From: Patescibacteria group bacterium
Lineage (GTDB): Bacteria > Patescibacteriota > Minisyncoccia > UBA6257 > 2-01-FULL-56-20
Length of the DNA stretch: 64,000 nt
Direction of reading: 5' to 3'
Assembly: GCA_038063755.1 (NCBI GenBank)
Contig: JBBTUL010000008.1
Coordinates: 17,910-81,909 of the forward strand
The position numbers were made by a program, and so were the translations under genes. The notes beneath the pieces are model-generated. The model ran no database searches. It was not told the DNA's origin and worked only from the letters and a program-made list of their open reading frames with translations. Positions 43,584 through 53,084 of this stretch are shown piece by piece (the first letter of the stretch is position 1; every line of letters starts with the position of its first letter).

Positions 43584-44829
43584 ATTAAAACGCATGAAAG
43601 ATTTTTTTATTCGGGCGTTAAAGTGGAAGCTAAAGAAGCTCGCGCAGTGGACGATTGTGCGTTATCGGCCCGGAATCGTCGGGATTACCGGAAGCGTTGG
43701 AAAAACTTCCACGAAGCGCGCAGTCGCAGCAGTTCTCGGTTCGGAGAGAGAAGTCCGCGCATCAGGTGGAAACTTTAGCAACGAGCTTGGACTTCCACTC
43801 ACGATACTTGGCTCGTGGGATAGGGTTGGAGGAATATTTTTCTGGGTGCGCGTTTTTCTCGCGACTATTTTCCGTCTGATTGTGAAATCCCATTACCCGG
43901 AAATTCTTGTTTTAGAGTATGGAGTCGACCGACCTGGCGATATGAAATATTTGCTTGAAATTGCGCGGCCCAACGTGAGCGTCATTACGGCGGTGGGAGA
44001 GGTACCCGTTCATGTAGAATTTTTCAACGGCCCCGAAGAGGTTGCGCGCGAAAAAGGAAGGATTATTGAATGTCTTCCGACTGCAGGGTACGCGATTTTG
44101 AATGCCGATGATAAAGTTGCAGCCGGTCTGCGTCCTCGAACGCGGGCGCAGATTATGACGTATGGCACAGGGAAAGACGCAGCGGTTCGCGTTTCAAACA
44201 TCGAAAACAAATCTGAAAATGGTTTACCGATAGGAGTTTCTTTTAAAATTGAATATGGAGGGAGTTTCGTCCCAGTGCGTCTTGACGGAGTCTTCGGAAA
44301 AGCACAGGGGTACGCAGCCGGAGCGGCAACATGCGTGGGTTTGATTTTTGGTCTCAATCTCGTTAAAATCTCGGAGGCTCTGAACGCGCATTATCTTCCA
44401 GCGCCGCATAGGATGGAGCTTGTGCCGGGGGTAAAATATACGCACATTATTGATGATTCGTATAACGCAAGTCCGCTCTCAATGAGGGCAGCCCTCGAAA
44501 CGGTGAAGGAGATTCCCGCAAAAAGAAAGATCGGGGTTTTGGGAGACATGCTTGAGATCGGAAGATACGCAATGGAAGAGCACGAAAAGATCGGAGCGCT
44601 TGCTGCGAGTGTCTTGGATCAGCTTGTCTGTGTCGGTCCGAGGGCGAAGTTTATCGCGGAAGGCGCGCGGAAAGCCGGGTTCCCAAGGAAAAACATCCAG
44701 ATGTTCGATGTTGTTGAAGATGCGAGATCGCCGGTTCAGTCGCTCATCAAGAAAGGTGACTTGATTCTCGTGAAAGCATCGCGCGAGATTCATCTCGATG
44801 AGGTGATAGAGGAGATTAGAGCATTCTAA
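43558..44829 (+). CDS. murF: UDP-N-acetylmuramoyl-tripeptide--D-alanyl-D-alanine ligase (Mur ligase family)
   Basis: GITGSVGKTSTK P-loop, DDSYNASP motif and MurF-like C-terminal domain. MurE cannot be fully excluded. Confidence 0.75.
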   Translation: MLLTGLRNKLKRMKDFFIRALKWKLKKLAQWTIVRYRPGIVGITGSVGKTSTKRAVAAVLGSEREVRASGGNFSNELGLPLTILGSWDRVGGIFFWVRVFLATIFRLIVKSHYPEILVLEYGVDRPGDMKYLLEIARPNVSVITAVGEVPVHVEFFNGPEEVAREKGRIIECLPTAGYAILNADDKVAAGLRPRTRAQIMTYGTGKDAAVRVSNIENKSENGLPIGVSFKIEYGGSFVPVRLDGVFGKAQGYAAGAATCVGLIFGLNLVKISEALNAHYLPAPHRMELVPGVKYTHIIDDSYNASPLSMRAALETVKEIPAKRKIGVLGDMLEIGRYAMEEHEKIGALAASVLDQLVCVGPRAKFIAEGARKAGFPRKNIQMFDVVEDARSPVQSLIKKGDLILVKASREIHLDEVIEEIRAF

Positions 44830-44998
44830 CTTGTTTTAAATCATTTTTAGCGAAACCGCGGTTCAACTTTTCCAGCGAAAGTTGCCCGCTGCCTCTCCTT
44901 TGCCGCGTCCGAGATCGGACACCAAGCGCGGCAAAGTCCGAGAGCTTTCGCCGCCAAATGATTTAAAATGAGATGGTGGTTGGGAAAGGAATCGCTAA

Positions 44999-45076
44999 CG
45001 GTTGAAAAGTTGTATATGCCGCTATCGTTCCCGATTTTGCCGCTCCGTGGTTGAAAAGTTGTATATGCCGCTATCG
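44999..45076 (+). repeat. Tandem direct repeat of ~29 nt covering the tRNA-Glu promoter region and its first 12 nt
   Basis: GGTTGAAAAGTTGTATATGCCGCTATCGT occurs at 44999-45027 and 45048-45076; the second copy runs into the tRNA. Confidence 0.6.
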
Positions 45077-45141
45077 TCTAGTCCGGTCTAGGACGCTGCC
45101 CTCTCACGGCAGAAACTCGGGTTCGAATCCCGATAGCGGTA
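45067..45141 (+). tRNA. tRNA-Glu(CTC)
   Basis: Acceptor GCCGCTA/TAGCGGT, characteristic long D-loop GTCT-AGTCCGGTCTA-GGAC, anticodon arm CTGCC-CTCTCAC-GGCAG, T-arm TCGGG-TTCGAAT-CCCGA. Confidence 0.8.
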
Positions 45142-45209
45142 CAAAAATAAAAGCCTTCCTAAATTCATCAATTTGAGTGATGAACTTGGGAAGGCTGCGG
45201 TGCAACGGG

Positions 45210-45635
45210 TTAGGTTTGCACCGCAAGCGGATGATGTTTGCGCATGGATAGCACGGTTATGGCTGCGTGGTGAATGACGCATACTACGGGACTCACGTAG
45301 TCCATGGGATTGACTTGCGACTGGAGGGCAAGCGCCACGATGTTGATGACGAACGCTATCGTCCACAGAACCCACGGCAACGTCGGCTCGTCCTTCGGGT
45401 TCCGGAGAACGTTCCGGTACGTTGGAATAAGTGCCAGGGTATAGGCGACTTGATTCAGCAAATTACCACCGACTGCTGTTTTGAAAATGGTCCACAGCAG
45501 CACGGCAATCAAACTTATCAAAACAATCACCTTGTCTTTTTGGTCTACGCGTACCCTTCCCTTCAAGCTTACTATCACCGTAACGCTTACTCCGATGCAG
45601 ATGATGAAATCGGTAAGCAAGACTACAACATTCAC
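45210..45635 (-). CDS. Hypothetical polytopic membrane protein, 141 aa
   Basis: Four hydrophobic helices. The upstream overlapping ORF (45463-45807) may be part of the same gene via a frameshift, or a separate leader peptide. Confidence 0.4.
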   Translation of the reverse strand: MNVVVLLTDFIICIGVSVTVIVSLKGRVRVDQKDKVIVLISLIAVLLWTIFKTAVGGNLLNQVAYTLALIPTYRNVLRNPKDEPTLPWVLWTIAFVINIVALALQSQVNPMDYVSPVVCVIHHAAITVLSMRKHHPLAVQT

Positions 45636-45984
45636 CCGGTTGTATGTGAATTGAAAAAAAAGTAACGCAATTCACAAGGGTGATAAGGCTAAACACAGCC
45701 CAGGCAGCGAATGCGGGCGTGTTCTTACCCATCAAAAAACCTCGATTATAGAGCGCGAATCCAGACAGGAGGATCGCGCATGCTACCAGCAGTAATGTCG
45801 AACTCATTGCGACCTCCTTTCCGCTGCGTAGCAGCTTTCAAAAGAGATAGGTACAAGCGCCCAGATCAAGCTTCCATTATAGAAGCACATAGAAGACTCT
45901 TTGTCAATCATTCGTAGAAGGTTGACCAACGCAGCGTTTTTATATATAAGATAGGTAGAATCTTTTTTCCAACTTGGAGACCCC

Positions 45985-46308
45985 ATGAACGACTGGTTTA
46001 TTTGGTTTTGTGCGGGAGTCATTGTTTTCGCCATTCTCTGTGAGATCGCTGTCGGTATTATCACCGTGCGACATGCAAAAGCGTTTATAGAAAAGGGCGT
46101 TATGCCCTTGAAGCGGTGGAACCGGAGGGTGAAGAAGTATTTGGTTCATCAGATCGATTTGTGCGATATTTTTGCCGACATGTCCAAGATGAAGCTTGAG
46201 AGCGATAGATGGTTTGTTTCGAGAGAGAAGACCTGGAAGGAGCTTCTTCTTTTGAACGAGAAGAAAATTTCATTTGAAAATGCGTTAGCGCTTCTTCAGA
46301 ATCCATAG
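45985..46308 (+). CDS. Hypothetical small membrane protein, 107 aa
   Basis: One N-terminal TM helix; no family. Confidence 0.35.
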   Translation: MNDWFIWFCAGVIVFAILCEIAVGIITVRHAKAFIEKGVMPLKRWNRRVKKYLVHQIDLCDIFADMSKMKLESDRWFVSREKTWKELLLLNEKKISFENALALLQNP

Positions 46309-46368
46309 AGCGGCAATAGTCGCTCTTTTTGTTTGTGAGAGGAGAGAAAGTAACGTAGAATAAGCGAT

Positions 46369-47130
46369 ATGATAAAACTTTCTCGCTCGAAGCTTGAACT
46401 CTTTACGAAGTGCCCGCGCTGTTTCTGGCTCGATGTGAAAATGGGAGTAAAGCGGCCGCAATCGCCGCCGTATACGATAAACAGCGCTATCGATTATCTC
46501 TTAAAGCAGGAGTTCGATGTGTATCGGAAACTTAAAAAACCGCATCCGATTATGGCGGCGCGAAACTTGAACGCGATCCCGTTCGACCATCCAGACATCA
46601 ATACCTGGCGGCATAATTTCACCGGAGTGCAGTTCGATCACAAAGAAAGCGGATTCCATTTTTACGGAGCGGTTGATGATGTGTGGGTCACGTCCGAGGA
46701 TGAGCTCATGGTCGTGGATTACAAATCGACCGGTGCGAACGAGCACCATGTCCGCGACGAATATAAGCGGCAGATGGAGATCTACCAGTGGCTTCTATCG
46801 CAGAACGGGTTTGCGGTTTTGCCTCGTGGATATTTTGTTTACGCCCGCGTGAATAAAGGTGACGGGTTTTCTCCAAAGGAACTTGAAGAGCAGGACGGCG
46901 AGCGGGGTATGCTCCCGTTCCATATTTTCCTAGAATCTTACGACGGCGACCGCTCTTGGGTGGAGGGTTCACTCATGAAGGCGAGAAAAGTTTACGACGG
47001 TGATACCGCTCCCACGCCTAGCGCCGAATGCGAGTACTGCGCGTATATTCGCGGAGTGGGTGAGGCGGATGACGGAAAGCCCACCGTAAAGACGAGGACC
47101 CCGAAGAAGAATTATGGACTTTTTGCGTAA
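46369..47130 (+). CDS. PD-(D/E)xK nuclease with an Fe-S Cys cluster (Cas4/RecB-nuclease-like), not CRISPR-associated here
   Basis: N-terminal ...LFTKCPRCFWL, catalytic core ...VVDYKST..., C-terminal CEYCAY: the four-Cys arrangement and D/ExK motif of Cas4-type nucleases. Confidence 0.6.
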   Translation: MIKLSRSKLELFTKCPRCFWLDVKMGVKRPQSPPYTINSAIDYLLKQEFDVYRKLKKPHPIMAARNLNAIPFDHPDINTWRHNFTGVQFDHKESGFHFYGAVDDVWVTSEDELMVVDYKSTGANEHHVRDEYKRQMEIYQWLLSQNGFAVLPRGYFVYARVNKGDGFSPKELEEQDGERGMLPFHIFLESYDGDRSWVEGSLMKARKVYDGDTAPTPSAECEYCAYIRGVGEADDGKPTVKTRTPKKNYGLFA

Positions 47131-47458
47131 GTCGAAAAAGCTTGAATGGACGGTGCACAGCAAGGCGAAGATGCGGCAGTACGGACTAACCGAATCCCGC
47201 GTGCGTCGCGTGATTCACACTCCGCTTCGTGTCGAAGAGGGTATTGCGGAAGATACGATTGCCGTAATGCAGCCTGCGTCGGTCAAGAAGTCTGTTGGTG
47301 GGAAACCCTCGCTCTGGGGACATGAAATTTGGGTGATGATTGTTGAGAAAAAAACCACGCGGCGCGTGATAAGCGCGTGGCGCTATCCGGGCGTTACGAA
47401 ACCTGGCGCACCGCTCCCAGTTGCGATCGTGGATGAGATCAACGAGGCGCTTTCCTAG
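47114..47458 (+). CDS. Hypothetical protein coupled to the nuclease gene (possible toxin-like small protein)
   Basis: Overlaps the upstream gene by 17 nt. Weak resemblance to DUF4258-like small proteins; unverified. Confidence 0.35.
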   Translation: MDFLRKSKKLEWTVHSKAKMRQYGLTESRVRRVIHTPLRVEEGIAEDTIAVMQPASVKKSVGGKPSLWGHEIWVMIVEKKTTRRVISAWRYPGVTKPGAPLPVAIVDEINEALS

Positions 47459-47722
47459 GGACTAGGTTGTTCCATCATCAGCCTTTCGAGCTTGACAGGT
47501 AAGTGCGCCGAACCATATGCTCAAAGGGTAGAGATAAGAACATGAAAGAAAATTCACATCTACAAAACTCTTTTTGGTATTATTTTACTTATCAACCTCT
47601 CTCGAGGAAGGGACTTTCCGCGTAGTTTAAGGATTACCGACATCTGAAACTGGCAAAACCTCTTCCCCGGAAGAGGTTTTTTGTACTTCCGGATCAGCAC
47701 CTTGGAAAAAAAGGAGAGGACA

Positions 47723-48502
47723 GTGAAAACGAAGACGGAGTTTCTTGCGCAGTTTGCTTTTCGTGAAGACGGATCGGGACTTATCGGCGTTGAGCGGGAA
47801 CGATTTCTTGTGGATGGGCTCGGTTGTCCGATAGCTCTGTCGAAAGGGTTTCTTCGCGAGGTGAACAACCCACGCTGGACGTACGAGCTTTCCGCCTGCC
47901 AGGTGGAAGATCGAACGGATCCAAAACGGCTTCGAGAAGAGATTCTCGCCGAGCTCGCCCTAAACGACCTGGCGGGTGAAGAGGCCGCCAAGCGGATCGG
48001 ATGCGAGCTTCGCATTATGGAGGTTGCTCCGGTCGCGATGCCGCTTACGGTCTATCCCGACCCGAGATACTTTGAAATCGCAAAACGTATTTCGGAAGAG
48101 GAACTTCGGGCGGCATGCCGCGTGGCAGGAGTACATATCCATTACGGCGTAGCGAATATGGCCGAGGCGCTTCGCGTATACAACCGCCTTCGTGCCCATC
48201 TCGGATACCTCTCGCACATCGGAGACTGCTCCCACGGGGAACGGCTCGCACTCTACAGAACAATGGCTCCGAAGTCTATTCCGCCTCGCTACAAAAACGA
48301 GGACGATTTCTACAAAACAGCCTGCGAAAGAGGATTTGCGGAAAATCCGCGGGACTGCTGGCACCTCATCCGTATCAGTCGCCATGGAACCGTCGAGTGT
48401 CGTATGTTCGGCGCTTGCGAAACCCAGCGGGTCATGCATCTCGTAGACGTAGTCCGTCGCATCGTCGAAGGGGGGAGGTGCTGCTATGAAACCACATGGT
48501 GA
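47723..48502 (+). CDS. Carboxylate-amine ligase, glutamate-cysteine ligase family 2 (YbdK-like)
   Basis: GVHIHYGV motif and overall GCS2 pattern; GTG start after a GGAGAGG Shine-Dalgarno. Confidence 0.5.
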   Translation: MKTKTEFLAQFAFREDGSGLIGVERERFLVDGLGCPIALSKGFLREVNNPRWTYELSACQVEDRTDPKRLREEILAELALNDLAGEEAAKRIGCELRIMEVAPVAMPLTVYPDPRYFEIAKRISEEELRAACRVAGVHIHYGVANMAEALRVYNRLRAHLGYLSHIGDCSHGERLALYRTMAPKSIPPRYKNEDDFYKTACERGFAENPRDCWHLIRISRHGTVECRMFGACETQRVMHLVDVVRRIVEGGRCCYETTW

Positions 48503-49823
48503 CATGAAAGCCGCTTTCGAGGATCGTGTAGAGCAGATTCTCGGCGACCCGGAAAGGTTTGTGGCGAAAGACGGAGGCATTGTTGTCGGACTTGAATCCG
48601 AGGTCGGTTTCTTCGGGAGCGGAATGACCGAAGAGGAAATCCATGAGCGGCGCAAGGGCATGATTGAGTCCCTCGACACAGGGCTCGACATCGAGCTTGG
48701 CGGATGCCAGGGAGAGTTTCGGACCGAACCACATGATCTTTCTCTTGGAGTCAATCCGCTTCTCGAAGATCTGAAGAACGGCGACTCAAAGGTTCGGACT
48801 GCCGCGCAGAGGGCGGGCCTTTCGGTGGTGCGCGCCGGAGTAAATCCGATTGTGCCGCTCGTGAAAGCATTCAGATCGCCGGAGAAAGAGAAGTACCGGC
48901 TCGTTCCCGACTTTAATGACGCGCATCGAAATACCGCACATCCGTTTGTGGGAATTCGCGGAGTACGGGTCCCAGTGGATGCCTCTTGCGTTTCCGCATT
49001 TCAGGCTTTCCACGTAAACCTGCGGGCAAGGTCGCTTACGGATGCCGTCGAGCGCATGAACCGATCCCTCATGATAAGCCCCGCGCTTGTCGCGCTTGGC
49101 GGGAACGCCCGCTTCGTGAAGCACGGGTCGGTTGTGGCGGATACCGGAATGAACGACATCCGGATGCTTGCCTGGCAACGCTCTCACGATACGCGCACGA
49201 AAGGTGAGTTCGCTCGTGGATGGAGTTGGAGGGGCGGCCTTCCGGAAAGTTACATCAAGGACATGAGAGATTATTTCGAGAGGATCTCGCGCCACGCGTT
49301 TATTCTGGATGACCCCGACCATGCCCTCGAGATCGCGACTGGTCTCGCGTGGCTTGATGCCAGGATCAAATTCATCAAATCGAACGTCATTGTGGAGCTC
49401 CGATCGCTTCCGACACAGCCGACCGTCGAGGAAGAAATAGCTCTTTTTCTCTTTTACCTCGGTCGTTTGTTCTCTGGAGAAATGCGCCAAGAGCGCCTTC
49501 TTCCCATCGGGCTTGTACGGGCGAACAGAAACGTTGCCATGCACGAAGGCCTTTCCGGATCGTACTGGATGTGGGAAGGCGATGGTGTGCGGCTGGTTTC
49601 CGGGACGGAGATGATCGAACGCGAACTTGTTCTCGCGGAATGGGGGGTACAGTCCTCCGCGATTCCGTGGAACGAAGCCGAGCCATATTTCATCTCGCTT
49701 CGCGAGAGAGTTCTCGATGGGTCGCCCTCGGACAGACTTTCGCGAGCTCTTTCAGGAAAGTCGATCGTAGAGCCGGATGAGATGATGCACGCTCTCCAAA
49801 ATATCGGAATGCTTATTTCGTAA
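48486..49823 (+). CDS. Second carboxylate-amine ligase-like protein (GCS2/GshA superfamily, divergent)
   Basis: Translationally coupled (17-nt overlap) to the first ligase gene; similar domain architecture, weaker motifs. Confidence 0.4.
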   Translation: MKPHGDMKAAFEDRVEQILGDPERFVAKDGGIVVGLESEVGFFGSGMTEEEIHERRKGMIESLDTGLDIELGGCQGEFRTEPHDLSLGVNPLLEDLKNGDSKVRTAAQRAGLSVVRAGVNPIVPLVKAFRSPEKEKYRLVPDFNDAHRNTAHPFVGIRGVRVPVDASCVSAFQAFHVNLRARSLTDAVERMNRSLMISPALVALGGNARFVKHGSVVADTGMNDIRMLAWQRSHDTRTKGEFARGWSWRGGLPESYIKDMRDYFERISRHAFILDDPDHALEIATGLAWLDARIKFIKSNVIVELRSLPTQPTVEEEIALFLFYLGRLFSGEMRQERLLPIGLVRANRNVAMHEGLSGSYWMWEGDGVRLVSGTEMIERELVLAEWGVQSSAIPWNEAEPYFISLRERVLDGSPSDRLSRALSGKSIVEPDEMMHALQNIGMLIS

Positions 49824-49935
49824 TCTCCCCCCGACCAAAATCGGGGGCTTTTCTTTGTTTTGAACCTGCCGAAAGATTTATCCTGAGCGGAGCCGAAGGA
49901 TTCACATTCAGCGAGTAATAAGAGATAATGGATTT

Positions 49936-50724
49936 ATGTGCAGAATGATGATTATGGTGGGTGAGCGTTCTCCGAAAGAAACAAATACGGCGCTTTTGGA
50001 GTTCAGAAAATTCGCGAAATTCGGATGTGTCGGACCCGGATGGGTAAAGGGACACAAGGATGGGTGGGGAATGGTTTTCTATGCAAACGGGAGGATTGGC
50101 AAGGTTACGAAGAGGGAAAAAGACGCCTATACCGATCCGGAATTCCCGAGGGCGACCACGAGGGTCTCGGGTTCCGTTCCCGACGTGATTATGGTTCACC
50201 TGAGGAAGGCGTCCGTCGGAAAGAAATCTCTTCCTAACACGCATCCTTTCGTATACGGGCCCTATGCGCTTTGCCACAACGGGTCTATCCGGAAAAGCGA
50301 GAGTATCGCGGTCCCAAAGCCGACGGCGAAATTTGTGAAGGGAACTACTGACACCGAAAGGTTCTTTTTCCGCCTCATGGCCAAGATCGGCATACGACCT
50401 TTAAGCGCGAGCGCACTCCGGAAAAAATTCGTCGGTGAAATCAAAGCGATCCGAAAAGCGCACGATTATACCTCAATGAACATGTTTCTCACGGACGGAA
50501 AGACGATTTTTGCGCTCCGCGACCTCAACACGCAAAACGACCTTGTCCGCAAGGAACATCTTGCGAGTTACTACACGCTGTATCTCGGTCGCGACAGCAA
50601 GGACAACTTCGCCGTCTCTTCTGAGAAGATCAAAATAAAAGGAATGAAGTGGCGTCTTATGGCAAACCGGGAGCTTTTAGAAATCGACGTCTTTTCAAAG
50701 AAGATAAAAACGTACCGGATGTAA
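49936..50724 (+). CDS. Class-II (Ntn) glutamine amidotransferase-like amidohydrolase, YafJ/EgtC type
   Basis: Cys-2 (MCRMM...), NTHPF, CHNGSI motifs of Ntn class-II GATase domains; no synthetase partner domain. Confidence 0.55.
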   Translation: MCRMMIMVGERSPKETNTALLEFRKFAKFGCVGPGWVKGHKDGWGMVFYANGRIGKVTKREKDAYTDPEFPRATTRVSGSVPDVIMVHLRKASVGKKSLPNTHPFVYGPYALCHNGSIRKSESIAVPKPTAKFVKGTTDTERFFFRLMAKIGIRPLSASALRKKFVGEIKAIRKAHDYTSMNMFLTDGKTIFALRDLNTQNDLVRKEHLASYYTLYLGRDSKDNFAVSSEKIKIKGMKWRLMANRELLEIDVFSKKIKTYRM

Positions 50725-50765
50725 CATCAACCCAAGTAAACCAAGTCGGTTTGATTAGCAAGGGC

Positions 50766-51890
50766 ATGAAAAAGTTTAGACATATTTCAATCAGTTTAGT
50801 CATTTTAAGCTTTTTCATCGGCATTATTCTTATAGGTCTGCCCAAGGAAAGGGTTGTATATGTTGGAAATGATAATAGTAAAGATGATGTTATCGAAAAG
50901 AAAAATGCTGAGATAGAAATACTGAAGCAAGGGGCAGAAATGCTTAGGCCCACAAAGGGCGTTACTCCAAAAACCAAGGATTCGTTGTCAGTTTTGCCCG
51001 AGAGTGCCCTCACAACATCTTCAGCCGAAGAGGATCCATCTGATATCAGGACGAACACGATTGCTCAAAAAACAGAATCCACTCCTAAGCCGGACCCCCC
51101 CGAGATTAATCTTAGGTCAATCGTTGGCATTGTTTGCGAAACAATTGATAGGTTCGGGAACGAGGGACTTGTTCGTGGTTCGGGCGTGATAGTGAGTTCA
51201 AACGGCTATATCTTCACTAACCGTCATGTGGTTGACCCTTCCTACTCCAATGCCGTTTCCGGCGAAGATCAATCCGGGGCAGTGCTTAAGAACGGAACAT
51301 GTAAGATTTATTTTCTTGCCGACGAACGGTTTATAAATTCAACCCCAGTTCCACAATATTATTTTATTGATATAGACGGTGGACCGGGAAACTATGACTT
51401 TCTGGCCGAGCCGGTTTTAACCGCGAAATTATCTGACGGTCTGTCTATTGATGAACTACTCTACTTTGATTTTGCCCTCCTCAAATTCAAAGAGTGGAAT
51501 GTGCCAAAATATTCCTTTGGTAGAAGCGTTCTCTCTCTAAGTTGGTCCGATGTGTTTTGGGATGATGTCCCCCTGCAAGAAAGTGTTATTATGCCTGGAT
51601 TTGCATATCAGGAAGAGGGGGTTGGATCGTTCGACAAGCTTCGCCTTACAATCATAACGGGTACGATTGAAGAGAAGGTGTTGGGAGATCAGAATTTCAA
51701 AGATTTATCTTTATATCTTAAGATCAAGAACACGGCTGATATTGCCGGAGGGCGTTCTGGAGCGCCTATCTTTTGGAGGGGAAGGGTCGTAGGGTTGGTC
51801 ACAACGCGCGCGCCAAGTCCTTCTTACCAAATTGCGATGCAATCAGTTTACAAGTTTTTGGTGGAAGCTGGTTATAATCCAGCGCGGTAG
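50766..51890 (+). CDS. Membrane-anchored trypsin-like (S1 family) serine protease
   Basis: TM anchor, then TNRHV (His), Asp, and GGRSGAPIF (GxSGxP Ser) in the S1 order. Confidence 0.6.
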   Translation: MKKFRHISISLVILSFFIGIILIGLPKERVVYVGNDNSKDDVIEKKNAEIEILKQGAEMLRPTKGVTPKTKDSLSVLPESALTTSSAEEDPSDIRTNTIAQKTESTPKPDPPEINLRSIVGIVCETIDRFGNEGLVRGSGVIVSSNGYIFTNRHVVDPSYSNAVSGEDQSGAVLKNGTCKIYFLADERFINSTPVPQYYFIDIDGGPGNYDFLAEPVLTAKLSDGLSIDELLYFDFALLKFKEWNVPKYSFGRSVLSLSWSDVFWDDVPLQESVIMPGFAYQEEGVGSFDKLRLTIITGTIEEKVLGDQNFKDLSLYLKIKNTADIAGGRSGAPIFWRGRVVGLVTTRAPSPSYQIAMQSVYKFLVEAGYNPAR

Positions 51891-52033
51891 TAGTAGCTTG
51901 TTCACTGTCCAAGCTCCTGAAGGGCGCCTTCAAAATTTACAAGCAGACATCTAGTGTGTCTTGAATTTTGAGCTTAAAAAAGGGATAGTTAGGAGCGTTC
52001 CCTAGAAAACAACGAGACATCACAGTAAATCAC

Positions 52034-53059
52034 ATGAAACTCTCAATCGGCATCGTGGGGCTTCCGAATGTGGGGAAGTCGACGCTCTTTAAGGCGATCA
52101 CGAATCAAGAAGTAAATATTGCGAATTATCCGTTTGCGACCATCGACCCGAACGTCGGGGTCGTTACCGTTCCGGACGAGCGTCTCGGGAAGTTGACCGC
52201 CATCAGCAAATCAAAAAAGACGGTTCCCGCAGTGGTCGAGTTCTACGACATCGCCGGATTGGTGAAAGGGGCAAATCAAGGAGAAGGTCTTGGGAACCAG
52301 TTTCTATCCCACATCCGCGATACGCAGGCGGTAGTCGTGGTGCTCCGCGTGTTTCAGGACCCCGGAATCATCCATGTTGAAGGCGCTCCAGATCCGCTCC
52401 GCGATCTCGAGATCATCAATACGGAGTTGGTGCTCAAAGACCTTGATACGGCGGAAAAGCGCTTGACCAAACTTGAAAGCGAAGCGAAGAGCGGAGATAA
52501 GGGTGCGATCAAAAACCTTGAAGTAATGAAGAAGATCAGGGATTCGCTTGCCGCAGGGAATCTCGCGCTCGAGTTTCGTGATGAGGAAATCGTCTGCGAA
52601 ATGCAGTTGCTCACCGCGAAAAAACAGCTCTATCTATTGAATGGCGAAGAGAAAGACGTTCCTACGGCGCTTTTCGAACGTATTAAAGCTTTGGGAGGGG
52701 ACTATATCGTACTTGACCTCAAGAGCGCCCACGAGGAAGCAATCGCACCGCTTGTGCGAAAGGCGTATGCGATTCTCGACCTTATTAGCTTCTTTACGAC
52801 CGGAGAGGATGAAACCCGAGCGTGGACGATCGTACGCGGAGAAAAAGCGCCGGAGGCGGCGGGAGCAATTCACTCGGATTTCGAGAAAAACTTCATCCGC
52901 GCGGAAGTTGTTGGATCGGAGAAGTTACTCGAAGTCGCGGCCCATTCGACAGGCTCAGGGCAAGCATGGAACCAAGCGAAACAGAAAGGACTTCTTCGCA
53001 TTGAGGGAAAAGAGTATGTTGTACAAGATGGTGATGTAATGGTTATTCGACATGGTTAG
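52034..53059 (+). CDS. ychF: Ribosome-binding ATPase YchF (Obg-like)
   Basis: IGIVGLPNVGKSTLF, DIAGLVKGA and C-terminal TGS domain; 341 aa. Confidence 0.92.
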   Translation: MKLSIGIVGLPNVGKSTLFKAITNQEVNIANYPFATIDPNVGVVTVPDERLGKLTAISKSKKTVPAVVEFYDIAGLVKGANQGEGLGNQFLSHIRDTQAVVVVLRVFQDPGIIHVEGAPDPLRDLEIINTELVLKDLDTAEKRLTKLESEAKSGDKGAIKNLEVMKKIRDSLAAGNLALEFRDEEIVCEMQLLTAKKQLYLLNGEEKDVPTALFERIKALGGDYIVLDLKSAHEEAIAPLVRKAYAILDLISFFTTGEDETRAWTIVRGEKAPEAAGAIHSDFEKNFIRAEVVGSEKLLEVAAHSTGSGQAWNQAKQKGLLRIEGKEYVVQDGDVMVIRHG

Positions 53060-53084
53060 ATTCTTATTTGTTATACTTGAATAG

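Noticed and set aside
45267-45665. Plus-strand 132-aa ORF opposite the minus-strand membrane-protein ORFs.
   Set aside because: Its product is Q/N/H-rich low complexity with no Shine-Dalgarno. The minus-strand frames encode clean TM helices.
47560-48015. Minus-strand Ser/Arg-rich 151-aa ORF and other antisense ORFs across the GCS2 / GATase genes (47960-48754, 48786-49544, 49813-50277).
   Set aside because: They are antisense to genes with recognisable catalytic motifs, and their products are low complexity.
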